Shown: piece by piece, positions 32,387 through 41,351 of the stretch
Numbering within the stretch: the stretch's first letter is position 1
Layout: each line of letters starts with the position of its first letter
Source: Trueperaceae bacterium
GTDB taxonomy: Bacteria; Deinococcota; Deinococci; Deinococcales; Trueperaceae
DNA length: 64,000 nt
Reading direction: 5' to 3'
NCBI GenBank assembly: GCA_034520945.1
Contig: JAXHNB010000010.1
Coordinates: 32,001-96,000, forward strand
The notes under the pieces: model-generated
The model's input: the letters and a program-made list of their open reading frames with translations, nothing else
What the model was told of the DNA's origin: nothing
Database searches by the model: none
Position numbers and translations under genes: made by a program

Positions 32387-33490
32387 GTGGCCGACACGCA
32401 TCCCCGCGGCGTCGCCGCGGCGCAGGAGGGCTCCTTGTCGCCGCGCCGGCGCCGGCACCTGCGGGCGTGGCTGTGGAGCGGCGCGGCGCTGACCTTCGTG
32501 ACCCTCGTGGTGGGCGGTATCACGCGCCTGACGCAGTCCGGCCTGTCGATCGTCGATTGGGACCCGATCATGGGCGTCGTGCCGCCCCTGAACGAAGCGG
32601 CGTGGCGCCAGGCGTTCGACCGCTACCGGGCGTTTCCGGAGTACCAGCAGCTGCGGACCGGCATGAGCCTGGCCGAGTTCAAGTTCATCTACTTCTGGGA
32701 GTACCTGCACCGCCTGGTGGCGCGGTTGATCGGGGTGGTGTTCCTGCTTCCGTTCGCCTGGTTCTGGGCGCGTGGCTACCTGAACCGGCGCTGGCTGCGG
32801 CGGGCGGGGCTCCTGTTCGCGCTCGGCGCGTTGCAGGGCGTCATGGGCTGGTTCATGGTGATGAGCGGCCTGGTCGACCGCCCCTCCGTCAGTCACTACC
32901 GCCTGGCCGCCCACCTGGCGTTGGCGTTCGCCATCGTCGGTACCTGCCTGTGGTTCGCCGCCGACCTGTCGCCGCGCGCGGCGTCGCGGGCGCCGGCCCG
33001 GGCGCGTCCGCGCTACCTCCTGGCGGGGGTGTGGGCGTTGGGCGGCGTGCTGGCCGCCCAGGTGGTGTGGGGCGCCTTCACGGCGGGCCTGGACGCGGGG
33101 CACGTGTTCAACACCTTCCCGCGCATGGGCGGGCGGTGGCTCCCGCCCGGCCTGGACGCGCTGAGCCCGGTGGCGCGCAACCTGGTCGAGAACCCGGTGG
33201 CGGTGCAGTGGGTCCACCGCGTGCTGGCGACCGTCCTGCTGGTCGGCGCGGCCGCGCTGCAGGTGTACGCCTGGCGGGCGGGGGCCGACGCGAGGTCGCG
33301 ACGGTTCGCGGCGGGCATGGTCGCGCTGGTGCTGGCGCAGTACCTGCTCGGCGTCGCCACGCTGCTGCTGGTGGTGCCGGTGTCGCTGGCGGTGGCGCAC
33401 CAGGCCGCGGCGTTGGTGTTGTTCGGGACGTGGATTTCGTGGTTGCACCACCTCACGCGCGGCCCGGCGGCGCGGCCAGCGGCAACGTGA
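32387..33490 (+). CDS. ctaA: Heme A synthase (COX15/CtaA type 2)
   Basis: GGITRLTQSGLSIVDW, WEYLHR, QGVMGWFMV.SGL, RLAAHL, QWVHR, AVAHQ. Confidence 0.93.
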   Translation: MADTHPRGVAAAQEGSLSPRRRRHLRAWLWSGAALTFVTLVVGGITRLTQSGLSIVDWDPIMGVVPPLNEAAWRQAFDRYRAFPEYQQLRTGMSLAEFKFIYFWEYLHRLVARLIGVVFLLPFAWFWARGYLNRRWLRRAGLLFALGALQGVMGWFMVMSGLVDRPSVSHYRLAAHLALAFAIVGTCLWFAADLSPRAASRAPARARPRYLLAGVWALGGVLAAQVVWGAFTAGLDAGHVFNTFPRMGGRWLPPGLDALSPVARNLVENPVAVQWVHRVLATVLLVGAAALQVYAWRAGADARSRRFAAGMVALVLAQYLLGVATLLLVVPVSLAVAHQAAALVLFGTWISWLHHLTRGPAARPAAT

Positions 33491-34619
33491 ACCAGAAGGT
33501 CGACCCTTCGCCCGGCGTGCTGCGCACCCCCACCTCTCCGCCCTGACGCTGGGCGAGCTCCTTGACCAGCGTCAGCCCGATGCCGCTCCCTTCCCCGCCG
33601 TCGCGGGCGCGTGCCTTGTCGCCCCGGTAGAAGCGCGTGAACAGGTGCGGCAGGTCCTCGTCCGAGATTCCGGCGCCGCTGTCCTCCACCTCGAAGCGAA
33701 CGCTGCGCGCGTCCTCGCGGGTGGCGCGCAGCCTTACGCGTCCGCCGTGCGGCGTGTGCCGCAGCGCGTTGCTGGTGAGGTTGGCCAGCATCTGCCCCGT
33801 GCGTTCGGCGTCCGTCCACGCCACCAGCGGGCTCGGCGGCGCGTCCACGTCCAGGCGCACCCCCTTGCGTTCGAAGCGCGCCTGGAACGCCTCGCGCGCG
33901 TGCTCGAGCAGGTCGCCGGCCGCCACCGCGGCGGGCCGCAGCTCCAGTTGGCCGGTCTCGACGCGGGACAACACGCTGAGGTCGTCGACCAGCCTGCCCA
34001 GGCGGTCGACCTGCCGCCGGCAGGCGGCCAGCGTGGCTTCGTCGGCGGCGAACACCCCGTCCTCCAGGCCCTCCACGTACCCCTTCAGGTTGGACAGCGG
34101 CGTGCGGAACTCGTGCGCCACGTCGGCCAGCAGCGCGACGCGCTGCGCTTCGGTGGATTCCAGGGTGGCGGCCATTTTGTTGAACGCGCCCACCAGCTCG
34201 CCGATCTCGCCCGGCATGCCGGCGGTGAGGCGATCTTGGTAGGTGCCGCCGGCGATGCGGCGGCTGGCCCGCGTCATGGCGCGAAGGGGCGCCACGATCC
34301 GCCCGGTGACGAACAGGCCGACCAGCGCCGCCGCCACCACCGACCCGGCGGTGGCCCACGCCAGGGAGCTGGTCAGGGCGCGGCGGTAGGCGCCCTCGAG
34401 GTCCGACGCCATGCCTTCCGTCATCGGCCCGCCCTGCGGGCCGTGCATGCCACCCATCATGGCGCCCATGTGGCGCTCCAGGAAGAACGGGGCGAACGCC
34501 TCCCCCGCGACGAAGGCGGTGACCGCACCGACGGCGACCACCAGCAGGTAGGAGGGGAACAGGCGCCAGAACAGGCTGGGCGCCGGCGTGGGCGGCCCTT
34601 GGCGGGACGCGCCGTTCAT
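33453..34619 (-). CDS. Sensor histidine kinase (2 TM, HAMP, HisKA, HATPase) with short Met/His-rich sensor loop
   Basis: DVAHEFRTPL H-box, NLTSNALRH, VEDSGAGI, FYRGD, GSGIGL. Confidence 0.93.
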   Translation of the reverse strand: MNGASRQGPPTPAPSLFWRLFPSYLLVVAVGAVTAFVAGEAFAPFFLERHMGAMMGGMHGPQGGPMTEGMASDLEGAYRRALTSSLAWATAGSVVAAALVGLFVTGRIVAPLRAMTRASRRIAGGTYQDRLTAGMPGEIGELVGAFNKMAATLESTEAQRVALLADVAHEFRTPLSNLKGYVEGLEDGVFAADEATLAACRRQVDRLGRLVDDLSVLSRVETGQLELRPAAVAAGDLLEHAREAFQARFERKGVRLDVDAPPSPLVAWTDAERTGQMLANLTSNALRHTPHGGRVRLRATREDARSVRFEVEDSGAGISDEDLPHLFTRFYRGDKARARDGGEGSGIGLTLVKELAQRQGGEVGVRSTPGEGSTFWFTLPLAAPPGRA

Positions 34620-35305
34620 GAGGGTTCCTCCTCCAGCTTGTAGCCCACCCCGCGCACCGTGGCCAGCCGTCCGTCCGCACCCGCGGCTGCGAGTTTGTGT
34701 CTGAGGTTCGATACGTGCACGTCCACGACGCGGTCCACGCCCATGAAGTCCTCGCCCCACACCGCGTCCAGCAGTTCGGTTCGCGAGAACACGCGGCCCG
34801 GCGTGCGTGCCAGGACGTGCAGCAGGTCGAACTCCAGCGCCGTCAGCGCGACGGGGCGTCCCTGGACGCGCACGGTCCGGCGCGCGGGGTCGATGTGCAG
34901 GCCCGCGTGTTCGATCGTCTCCTGTGCGCCGCCTTCCGGCGGGGAGGTGCGGCGTAGGACCGCCTTGACCCGCGCGACCAACTCGCGGGGGCTGAACGGT
35001 TTGGCCACGTAATCGTCCGCGCCGAGCTCCAGGCCCAGCACGCGGTCGCTCTCCTCAATGCGGGCCGTGAGCATGATCACCGGTGTCGCGGCGTCGCGGC
35101 GAAGGCGCGCCAGGAACGACGGGCCGTCCAGGTGCGGCAGCATCCAGTCCAGCACGATCAACGCGGGGGTACGCTCCTGCGCGGCCCGCAGGCCGGCCAG
35201 CCCGTCGTGCGCCACCTCGACCGCGTACCCCTCGCGCTCCAGGTAGGCGCGCACCACGCTGGCGACGTCGGCGTCGTCCTCGACGACGAGGATCCTAGCG
35301 GCCAC
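34616..35305 (-). CDS. OmpR-family response regulator
   Basis: VVEDD, LDWMLP, GADDYVAKPF, VDVHVSNLR, TVRGVGY. Confidence 0.95.
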   Translation of the reverse strand: MAARILVVEDDADVASVVRAYLEREGYAVEVAHDGLAGLRAAQERTPALIVLDWMLPHLDGPSFLARLRRDAATPVIMLTARIEESDRVLGLELGADDYVAKPFSPRELVARVKAVLRRTSPPEGGAQETIEHAGLHIDPARRTVRVQGRPVALTALEFDLLHVLARTPGRVFSRTELLDAVWGEDFMGVDRVVDVHVSNLRHKLAAAGADGRLATVRGVGYKLEEEPS

Positions 35306-35323
35306 GTCGGCCGGCGCGGCGGG

Positions 35324-36631
35324 TCACGGCCGGTACAGGTCGGCCCGCGAGGGGGGCACCTCCACGCGGCCGCGGTCGTCGGGCTTGCCCAGCAGCGTCT
35401 GGTGGACGGACAGCCGTCCGCGCGCGAAATTGTGGGCGCTGCCGCTCATGAACAGGCGCCAGATGCGGGCGCGGTCCTCGCCGACGGTGGCGACCGCCTC
35501 ATCCCAGGACGCCTCCAGGTTGGCGACCCAATGCCGGAGGGTGGCGGCGTAGTGCTCGCGGAGGTCCTCGACGTCGCGCACTTCGAAGCCGACCGCTTCG
35601 GCGGCGCGGACCGTCTCGGTCAGGTTCAGGATCTCGCCGTCCGGGAACACGTAGCGGTCGATGAACGACGGTTGCTCCGGGTCGCGGCGGTCCTCGAAGG
35701 CGTTGGGGCCGCGGCTGATGGCGTGGTTCATCATCAGCCCGCCGGGCGCCAGTCGGTCCCAGGCGGCCTGGAAGTACTCCTGCATGCCCTCACGCCCGAC
35801 GTGCTCCGCCATGCCGATGCTGGCGACGCGGTCGAAGGTGCCCTCCACGTCGCGGTAGTCGCGAATCTCGACCGACGCGCGGTCCGCCACGCCGGCCTGG
35901 TTCAGGCGGCGCGTCCCCTCCTCCACCTGGCGTTCGGCCAGGGTGATGCCGGTGGCGCGGGACCCGTAGTGCTCGGCGGCGTACCCGACCAGGCTGCCCC
36001 AGCCGCAGCCGATGTCCAGCAGGTGATGCTCGGGGGTGAGGCGCAGCTTGCGGCACACCAGGTCCAGCTTGGCCTCCTGCGCTTCGTCGAGGGTTTCCTC
36101 GCCGGTGGGGAAGTAGCCGCAGGAGTACACCATGCGGCGGTCCAGCCACAAGCGGTAGAAGTCGACCGGCAGGTCGTAGTGGTGCCGGATGGCACTGGAG
36201 TCCCGGTTGCGGCTGTGCCGCTGGCCGCTCAGCGTGGCGGCGCCCTCGGGCGGGTGGCGCGACGCCTGGCGGCGCAACGCCACCACGTCGCCCATGGCGC
36301 GCAGGCGCTCCAGCATGCCCCCGCCGGCGGCGGCCTCCAGCAGCCCGCCCATCGCCTCGAACACGACCTCCAGGTCGCCCTCGACGTCGATCTCGCCGCG
36401 CACGAACGCTTCGCCCGCGGACAGGTCGACGGGCGGTTGGAGGGCCCGGCCCAGGGCGTACGGGTCGGACAGAACCAGCGTGGCCGGGGGTGCGCCCTCG
36501 GCGTCGCCGGAGGCGGGGAGGGTGCTGTCGTCCCACAGGCGCACCGCGAACGGTCTCGGTTCCGGCGCGATGTACGACAGCAGGCGCAGGGTGCGTTCCT
36601 TGGCTTCGGAAGCTTCGCGTGAGATGGTCAT
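35324..36631 (-). CDS. Cyclopropane-fatty-acyl-phospholipid synthase family SAM methyltransferase
   Basis: HHYDLP, MVYSCGYF, LLDIGCGWG, SIGMAEHVG, YVFPDG, HYAATLRHW; GGAGAGG RBS before ATG 36631. Confidence 0.9.
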   Translation of the reverse strand: MTISREASEAKERTLRLLSYIAPEPRPFAVRLWDDSTLPASGDAEGAPPATLVLSDPYALGRALQPPVDLSAGEAFVRGEIDVEGDLEVVFEAMGGLLEAAAGGGMLERLRAMGDVVALRRQASRHPPEGAATLSGQRHSRNRDSSAIRHHYDLPVDFYRLWLDRRMVYSCGYFPTGEETLDEAQEAKLDLVCRKLRLTPEHHLLDIGCGWGSLVGYAAEHYGSRATGITLAERQVEEGTRRLNQAGVADRASVEIRDYRDVEGTFDRVASIGMAEHVGREGMQEYFQAAWDRLAPGGLMMNHAISRGPNAFEDRRDPEQPSFIDRYVFPDGEILNLTETVRAAEAVGFEVRDVEDLREHYAATLRHWVANLEASWDEAVATVGEDRARIWRLFMSGSAHNFARGRLSVHQTLLGKPDDRGRVEVPPSRADLYRP

Positions 36632-36742
36632 CGCCTTGCACCTCTCCATACTTCCGCCGACGCCACCCCTCGTGCGGCGGTTTTTGATCGTATGGGCATG
36701 TTAGCAACCTGCCTCCGATACGCGCGACGCCCCATGGACGAC

Positions 36743-37414
36743 CTATTCGTGCCGTGACCGCGCCGCACGCAACGCCGCGGCCGCGGCTTCGGCGTCCGCC
36801 GGGCGGTTCACGTTGCGGAGCGCGCCGGCCGGCAGCGCCGAGACCGCGACGGCGGTGACGCGCCCCTCGCGCATCGCCGCGTCCAGCCAGGGCTGGAGCG
36901 ACGTGCGCGTCGGCGTTTCGGGCGTCAGCATGCCGGCCAGCTCGGCGCCGAGTGACCCGTGGTACAGCGCCGCCAGGGGTTCCCAGCGTCCGTCCGCGTC
37001 GCGCGGCACCACCGCGAGCGTCCCGCGGCGGTGGCAGGCCGCCAGCCGGGGCCACCACGCGGGCGGCAGGAGCGGCAGGTCCACCGCCTGCACCGCCACC
37101 CAGTCCCGAGGGTGCCGCGCCAGCACCGTGGCCAACCCGCCCATGGGGCCGAGCCCGGGCCGGTCGTCAGGCAGGGCGGTCACGTGGGCCGGGAGCGACG
37201 GCGCGAGGGCGGCTGCACGCTCAGGGGCACCCAGCACCACGTACACCGTGTCGGCGTCCGCGTGCGAGGCGAGGGCCAGGTCGATCAAGCGCCGGCCCGC
37301 CAGGCGCGCCAGCGCCTTGTCGCGACCGAAGCGGCGGGAACGCCCGCCGGCCAGCACGGCGCCGCACCAGCCGCCCTGCGGTCCCGCTGGGCTCCCCTCC
37401 GGCGTGCGGGTCAT
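36743..37414 (-). CDS. mobA: Molybdenum cofactor guanylyltransferase
   Basis: LAGGRSRRFGRDKA, GPMGGL, AVDLP, EPLAALY, NVNRP. Confidence 0.9.
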   Translation of the reverse strand: MTRTPEGSPAGPQGGWCGAVLAGGRSRRFGRDKALARLAGRRLIDLALASHADADTVYVVLGAPERAAALAPSLPAHVTALPDDRPGLGPMGGLATVLARHPRDWVAVQAVDLPLLPPAWWPRLAACHRRGTLAVVPRDADGRWEPLAALYHGSLGAELAGMLTPETPTRTSLQPWLDAAMREGRVTAVAVSALPAGALRNVNRPADAEAAAAALRAARSRHE

Positions 37415-37515
37415 ATGCCAGTGTACGCCCCACGGGAACGGCCATAGCATGCCCTTGCCGATGGCGGGGCGGGGCGCGCCGTGCGCCTCGTGCCGGAACC
37501 TGGGGCGGGAGGTAG

Positions 37516-38805
37516 ATGATGCGTGTTTCGATGAAGCTCTTGTTGTTGTCCGTGTGGCTGGGGGTCGCGGCCGCGCCGGCGTGGGCGCAGGCACCGACCA
37601 TCACGGTCGCGGCCGAGCTCGGCGGCGTGTTCGACGCCCTGGCGGCGGCCTATCCCGGCGAAGCGCCGCAGCGCAGCGCGGGCGAAGCCGATCTGGTGCT
37701 CGCCCCGGGCCGAGCGTCCTGGGACGAGGTGCGCACCGTGGTGCCCGTACCGGACGTCACGCTGCGCGCTCGGACGGACGACGCGGAGGCGGCGGCGTTC
37801 CTGCGCTTCGCCCGGTCGCCGGACGCGCAGGCGGCGTTGATCGAGGGCGGCTTCCTGCCCGCCGAGGTCAGCGTGAGCGACCAGGCGGGCCGCACGGTGC
37901 GCGTGCCGCAACCGGTGCGGCGCATCGCCAGCCCCTACGGCCTGTCCACCTACCTGGTGTACGCGGTGGGGGCGGGCGACCGGCTGGTGACGGCGGGCTA
38001 CCTCGGCGCGCGGGACCCACAGGGGGCCGCGGCGATGGAGCGCATCGATCCCGACTTCCCCGAGGTGAGCGCCGCCGCGCCCGCCGACACCACCAACGTC
38101 GAGTTCCTGGCGACCCTGGCGCCCGACCTGGTGGCGTCCAGCGCCCGCGCCGAGTGGATCCCCTCCGCCCAGGCGCTCGGCATGCCCGTGCTGGCGTTCG
38201 ACGGCGAGTCGCCCGACGCGCTGGCCGACGCGATGCGGATGACCGGGCGCGCCTTGGGGCCCGACGCGGCCGCGCGGGCCGACGCCTGGGTCCGCTACTA
38301 CCGCGACGTCCTGGCGCGGGTCGCGCGGGCCACCGAGCAGGGGCGCGCCGCGCCGCGCGTGCTGTTCACCGGCACCGATCCCAGCCGCGTCGCCAGCGGG
38401 CAGATGTACCAGACCGACCTGATCCAGGCGGCGGGCGGCGTGTCGGTGACGGCCGGCCTGCGCGGGCATTGGGCCGAGGTGGGCCTCGAGCAGGTGCTGG
38501 CGTGGAACCCCGAGCTGATCCTGGTGCCCCCGTACGGAGGCGCGTCGGTGGCGGCCATCACGAACGACCCGTCGTGGCAGTTGCTTCCCGCCGTGCGCGA
38601 GGGGCGCGTGCTGCGCGTGCCCAAGTTGGTCGCGCCGTGGGACACCCCCGTGCCCGATTCGGTACTGGCGGTGGTGTGGTTGGCCGAGGTGCTGCACCCT
38701 GACGCGACGGACCTGTCGTGCGCCGAGGAGGCGAGGTTCTTCTACCGGCGGTTCTACGACTACGCGCTCACCTCGGACGAGGTCACGTCCCTTTGCCGGC
38801 GCTGA
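37516..38805 (+). CDS. Class III ABC substrate-binding protein (MolA/BtuF/FecB fold) with an N-terminal ModA-like segment
   Basis: Signal peptide (AWA-Q); about 90 aa ending AAAFLRFARSPDAQAALIEGGF; then VSDQAGRTVRVPQPVRRIAS, NVEFL..L.PDLV, EQVLAWNPELI, WLAEVLHP. Confidence 0.82.
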   Translation: MMRVSMKLLLLSVWLGVAAAPAWAQAPTITVAAELGGVFDALAAAYPGEAPQRSAGEADLVLAPGRASWDEVRTVVPVPDVTLRARTDDAEAAAFLRFARSPDAQAALIEGGFLPAEVSVSDQAGRTVRVPQPVRRIASPYGLSTYLVYAVGAGDRLVTAGYLGARDPQGAAAMERIDPDFPEVSAAAPADTTNVEFLATLAPDLVASSARAEWIPSAQALGMPVLAFDGESPDALADAMRMTGRALGPDAAARADAWVRYYRDVLARVARATEQGRAAPRVLFTGTDPSRVASGQMYQTDLIQAAGGVSVTAGLRGHWAEVGLEQVLAWNPELILVPPYGGASVAAITNDPSWQLLPAVREGRVLRVPKLVAPWDTPVPDSVLAVVWLAEVLHPDATDLSCAEEARFFYRRFYDYALTSDEVTSLCRR

Positions 38806-39878
38806 GCCAGACCGACGAGGCCGCGACGGTCGCACGTGCCCCGAGGGGATGGCGCCGCCTCCCCTCCCTCGAGGCCTGGAGGTGGGCGGGCACCGCGGCC
38901 GGCCTGGCGTCGCCGCTGCTGCTGGCGCTGATCGCGCTCAGCATGGGCCTGTACCAGGTGAGCCCGTGGGACGTGGCGCGCTCGTTGGCGTCGCTGCTTC
39001 ATCCGGAGGTGGCGGCGGACGTGCCCGAGATCGCCCGCCGCCTGGTGTTGGACGTGCGGCTGCCGCGGGTGCTGGCCGCGCTGCTGATCGGGGCGGGGCT
39101 GGCCGTCACCGGGGTGGTGTTCCAGGGGATCTTCACCAACCCGCTGGTCGACTCCAACCTGCTGGGGGTCACCTCCGGCGCGGGCTTCGGCGCCGCCCTG
39201 GTGCTGCTGCTCGGCGGGTCCGCCTGGGCGGTGCAGGCGTCGGCGTTCGCGTTCGGCCTGCTGGCCGTGTCGCTGGCGTTCCTGGGGTCGCGCCTGTACC
39301 GCAGCGCCCCCAAGATCGTGCTGACGCTGATGGGCATCCTGATCGGGTCGTTCTTCGCATCGCTCACCTCGCTGCTGAAGTACGTCGCCGACCCGTTGGA
39401 CGCGCTGCCCTCGATCACCTTCTGGTTGCTGGGGGGCCTGACGGGCGTGGGGTGGCGGCACGTGCCGCTCCTGGCGGCGCTGACCGCGGCGGGCGCGGTG
39501 TTGTTCCTGCTGGTTCGCTGGCGCCTCAACGTGCTGTCGCTGGGCGACGCCGAAGCCTCCGCGCTCGGCATGCGCCCGGAGCGCATGAAGCTGATCCTGA
39601 TCATCGCGGCCACCCTGGTCACCGCCATCGCCGTCTCCGTCGGCGGGGTGATCGGCTGGGTCGGCCTGGTCGTACCGCACGCGGCCCGCATCGTGGTGGG
39701 GCCCGATCACCGCCGCCTGGTGCCGATGTCCCTGGCATTGGGCGCGTCGTTCCTGCTGATCATCGACACCGTGTCGCGGGCCCTGCTGCCCTCGGAGGTG
39801 CCGCTGGGGGTGCTGACCGGCCTGATCGGCGTCCCGATCCTGGTGCTGCTGTTGCGTCGCACGCGGACGGGGTGGTGA
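38793..39878 (+). CDS. FecCD/BtuC-family (MolB-like) ABC permease
   Basis: RLPRVLAA, FQGIFTNPLVD, GVTSGAGFG, LGDAEASALG, GWVGLVVPH; start (TTG 38793) uncertain. Confidence 0.9.
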   Translation: MPALSQTDEAATVARAPRGWRRLPSLEAWRWAGTAAGLASPLLLALIALSMGLYQVSPWDVARSLASLLHPEVAADVPEIARRLVLDVRLPRVLAALLIGAGLAVTGVVFQGIFTNPLVDSNLLGVTSGAGFGAALVLLLGGSAWAVQASAFAFGLLAVSLAFLGSRLYRSAPKIVLTLMGILIGSFFASLTSLLKYVADPLDALPSITFWLLGGLTGVGWRHVPLLAALTAAGAVLFLLVRWRLNVLSLGDAEASALGMRPERMKLILIIAATLVTAIAVSVGGVIGWVGLVVPHAARIVVGPDHRRLVPMSLALGASFLLIIDTVSRALLPSEVPLGVLTGLIGVPILVLLLRRTRTGW

Positions 39879-41254
39879 GCGTGGCCAGCCTGGTCGCCAC
39901 CGACGTGACCTTCGGCTACGACCCGGCCGTGCCGGTGGTGCACGACGTCTCGGTGCACGTCGGCCCCGGCGAGGTGCTGTTCCTGCTGGGGCACAACGGC
40001 AGCGGAAAAACCAGCCTGCTGTCCTGCTTGAACGGCGTCCAGCGGCCGACGCGAGGCCGCATCACGCTGGACGGCGTGGACGTGCAGGCGCTGGACGCCG
40101 CGCGGCGGGCACGCCGCATCGGCATGATCCCCCAGGTGCACGTGGCGACCTTCGCGTACAGCGTGCACGACGTGGTCCTCATGGGCCGGGCGCCGCACCT
40201 GTCCACGTTCGCGGGGCCCCGCGCGGAGGATCACGCCATCACCCGGCACGCCCTGGAACGCGTCGGCCTGGCGGACCTCGCGCAGCGGCCCTACACCGAG
40301 CTCAGCGGCGGCGAACGGCAACTGGTGATGGTCGCCCGCGGCCTGGCGCAGCAGTGCGACGTGCTGCTGATGGACGAGCCGGACGCGCATTTGGATCCGC
40401 GCAATCAGTACCGCGTGCTGGAGGTGGTCTCCGACCTGGCGCGCCAGCAGGGGCTTTCGTTCGTGGTGTCGTCGCACGCGCCGAATTCGGCGCTGATGTT
40501 CGCCGACCGCGTGGTGCTGTTGCGTCACGGCCGCGTGCTGGCGTCCGGCGGCGTGGAGGACACCCTCAGTGAGGACCGGTTGGCCCAGGCGTACGGCATG
40601 CCGACCGAGGTCGTCACCAAGGTCGTGAACGGGCGGCGGGTGCCGCGGGCCATCCTGCCGCGGCGTATCGACCGGGTGCCCGACGACTTGGAGGCCCTGG
40701 CGCTGACGCCGGCCGCGCTCGATCGACCCGGATCGGCGTTGGCGCGCCTGTTCGACGCGGCCCAGACGGAGCCGCAACGCCTGATCGTGACGGGGGCGCG
40801 TGGGGCCGGCAAGAGCCGCTGGTGCCAGGCGCTGGTGGCGCGCGTGCGGGCGCGGGGCGCCCGGGTGGCGGGGGTCTCCTCACCCGCCGTCCTGCGCGAG
40901 GGGCACAAGGTCGGCATCGACCTGGTCGACCTCGCGACCGACACCCGCCGGCGCCTGGCGGCGCTGCGGCGTGACGACGAGGGCGGCCAGACCACGGAGC
41001 GCTGGCGCTTCGACGACGCCGTGCTGGCGTGGGGCAACGAGGTGCTCCGGGCCGCCGCCGCGGCACGTCCGGACCTTCTGCTGGTGGACGAGCTCGGCCC
41101 GCTGGAGTTCCACCGTAGCGCCGGGCTGACCGCTGGCATCGACGCGGTCGACGGGGGCGCGGCCGGGGTTGCGTGCGTGGTGGTGCGCCCCTCGTTGCTA
41201 AAGGCGGCGACGGCGCGGTGGCCGGACGCTGTGATCGTCGACGTGGAGGATTGA
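39875..41254 (+). CDS. ABC ATPase fused to a C-terminal second P-loop NTPase (THEP1/NTPase_1- or DUF2478-like)
   Basis: GHNGSGKT, LSGGERQ, LLMDEP, SSH; then from about 40775 TGARGAGKS and LLLVDELGPLE. Confidence 0.88.
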   Translation: MSVASLVATDVTFGYDPAVPVVHDVSVHVGPGEVLFLLGHNGSGKTSLLSCLNGVQRPTRGRITLDGVDVQALDAARRARRIGMIPQVHVATFAYSVHDVVLMGRAPHLSTFAGPRAEDHAITRHALERVGLADLAQRPYTELSGGERQLVMVARGLAQQCDVLLMDEPDAHLDPRNQYRVLEVVSDLARQQGLSFVVSSHAPNSALMFADRVVLLRHGRVLASGGVEDTLSEDRLAQAYGMPTEVVTKVVNGRRVPRAILPRRIDRVPDDLEALALTPAALDRPGSALARLFDAAQTEPQRLIVTGARGAGKSRWCQALVARVRARGARVAGVSSPAVLREGHKVGIDLVDLATDTRRRLAALRRDDEGGQTTERWRFDDAVLAWGNEVLRAAAAARPDLLLVDELGPLEFHRSAGLTAGIDAVDGGAAGVACVVVRPSLLKAATARWPDAVIVDVED

Positions 41255-41351
41255 CCTCGGGCCCCGAAGGGCTCCGCCGACGGTGCACGTCACGAAAGCG
41301 GCACGGGCGACGCCGAAGGCGTGCCCGCGCCGAAGATCGCGGGGGGCGCGG

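Noticed and set aside
36683..36700. TTGAT half-site upstream of the cfa-like gene as an FNR box
   Set aside because: The second half-site ATCAA is absent
37415..37515. Cobalamin or Moco riboswitch, or ModE box, upstream of the importer
   Set aside because: The spacer is only about 100 bp and I could not find the conserved cores; an Rfam scan would be decisive
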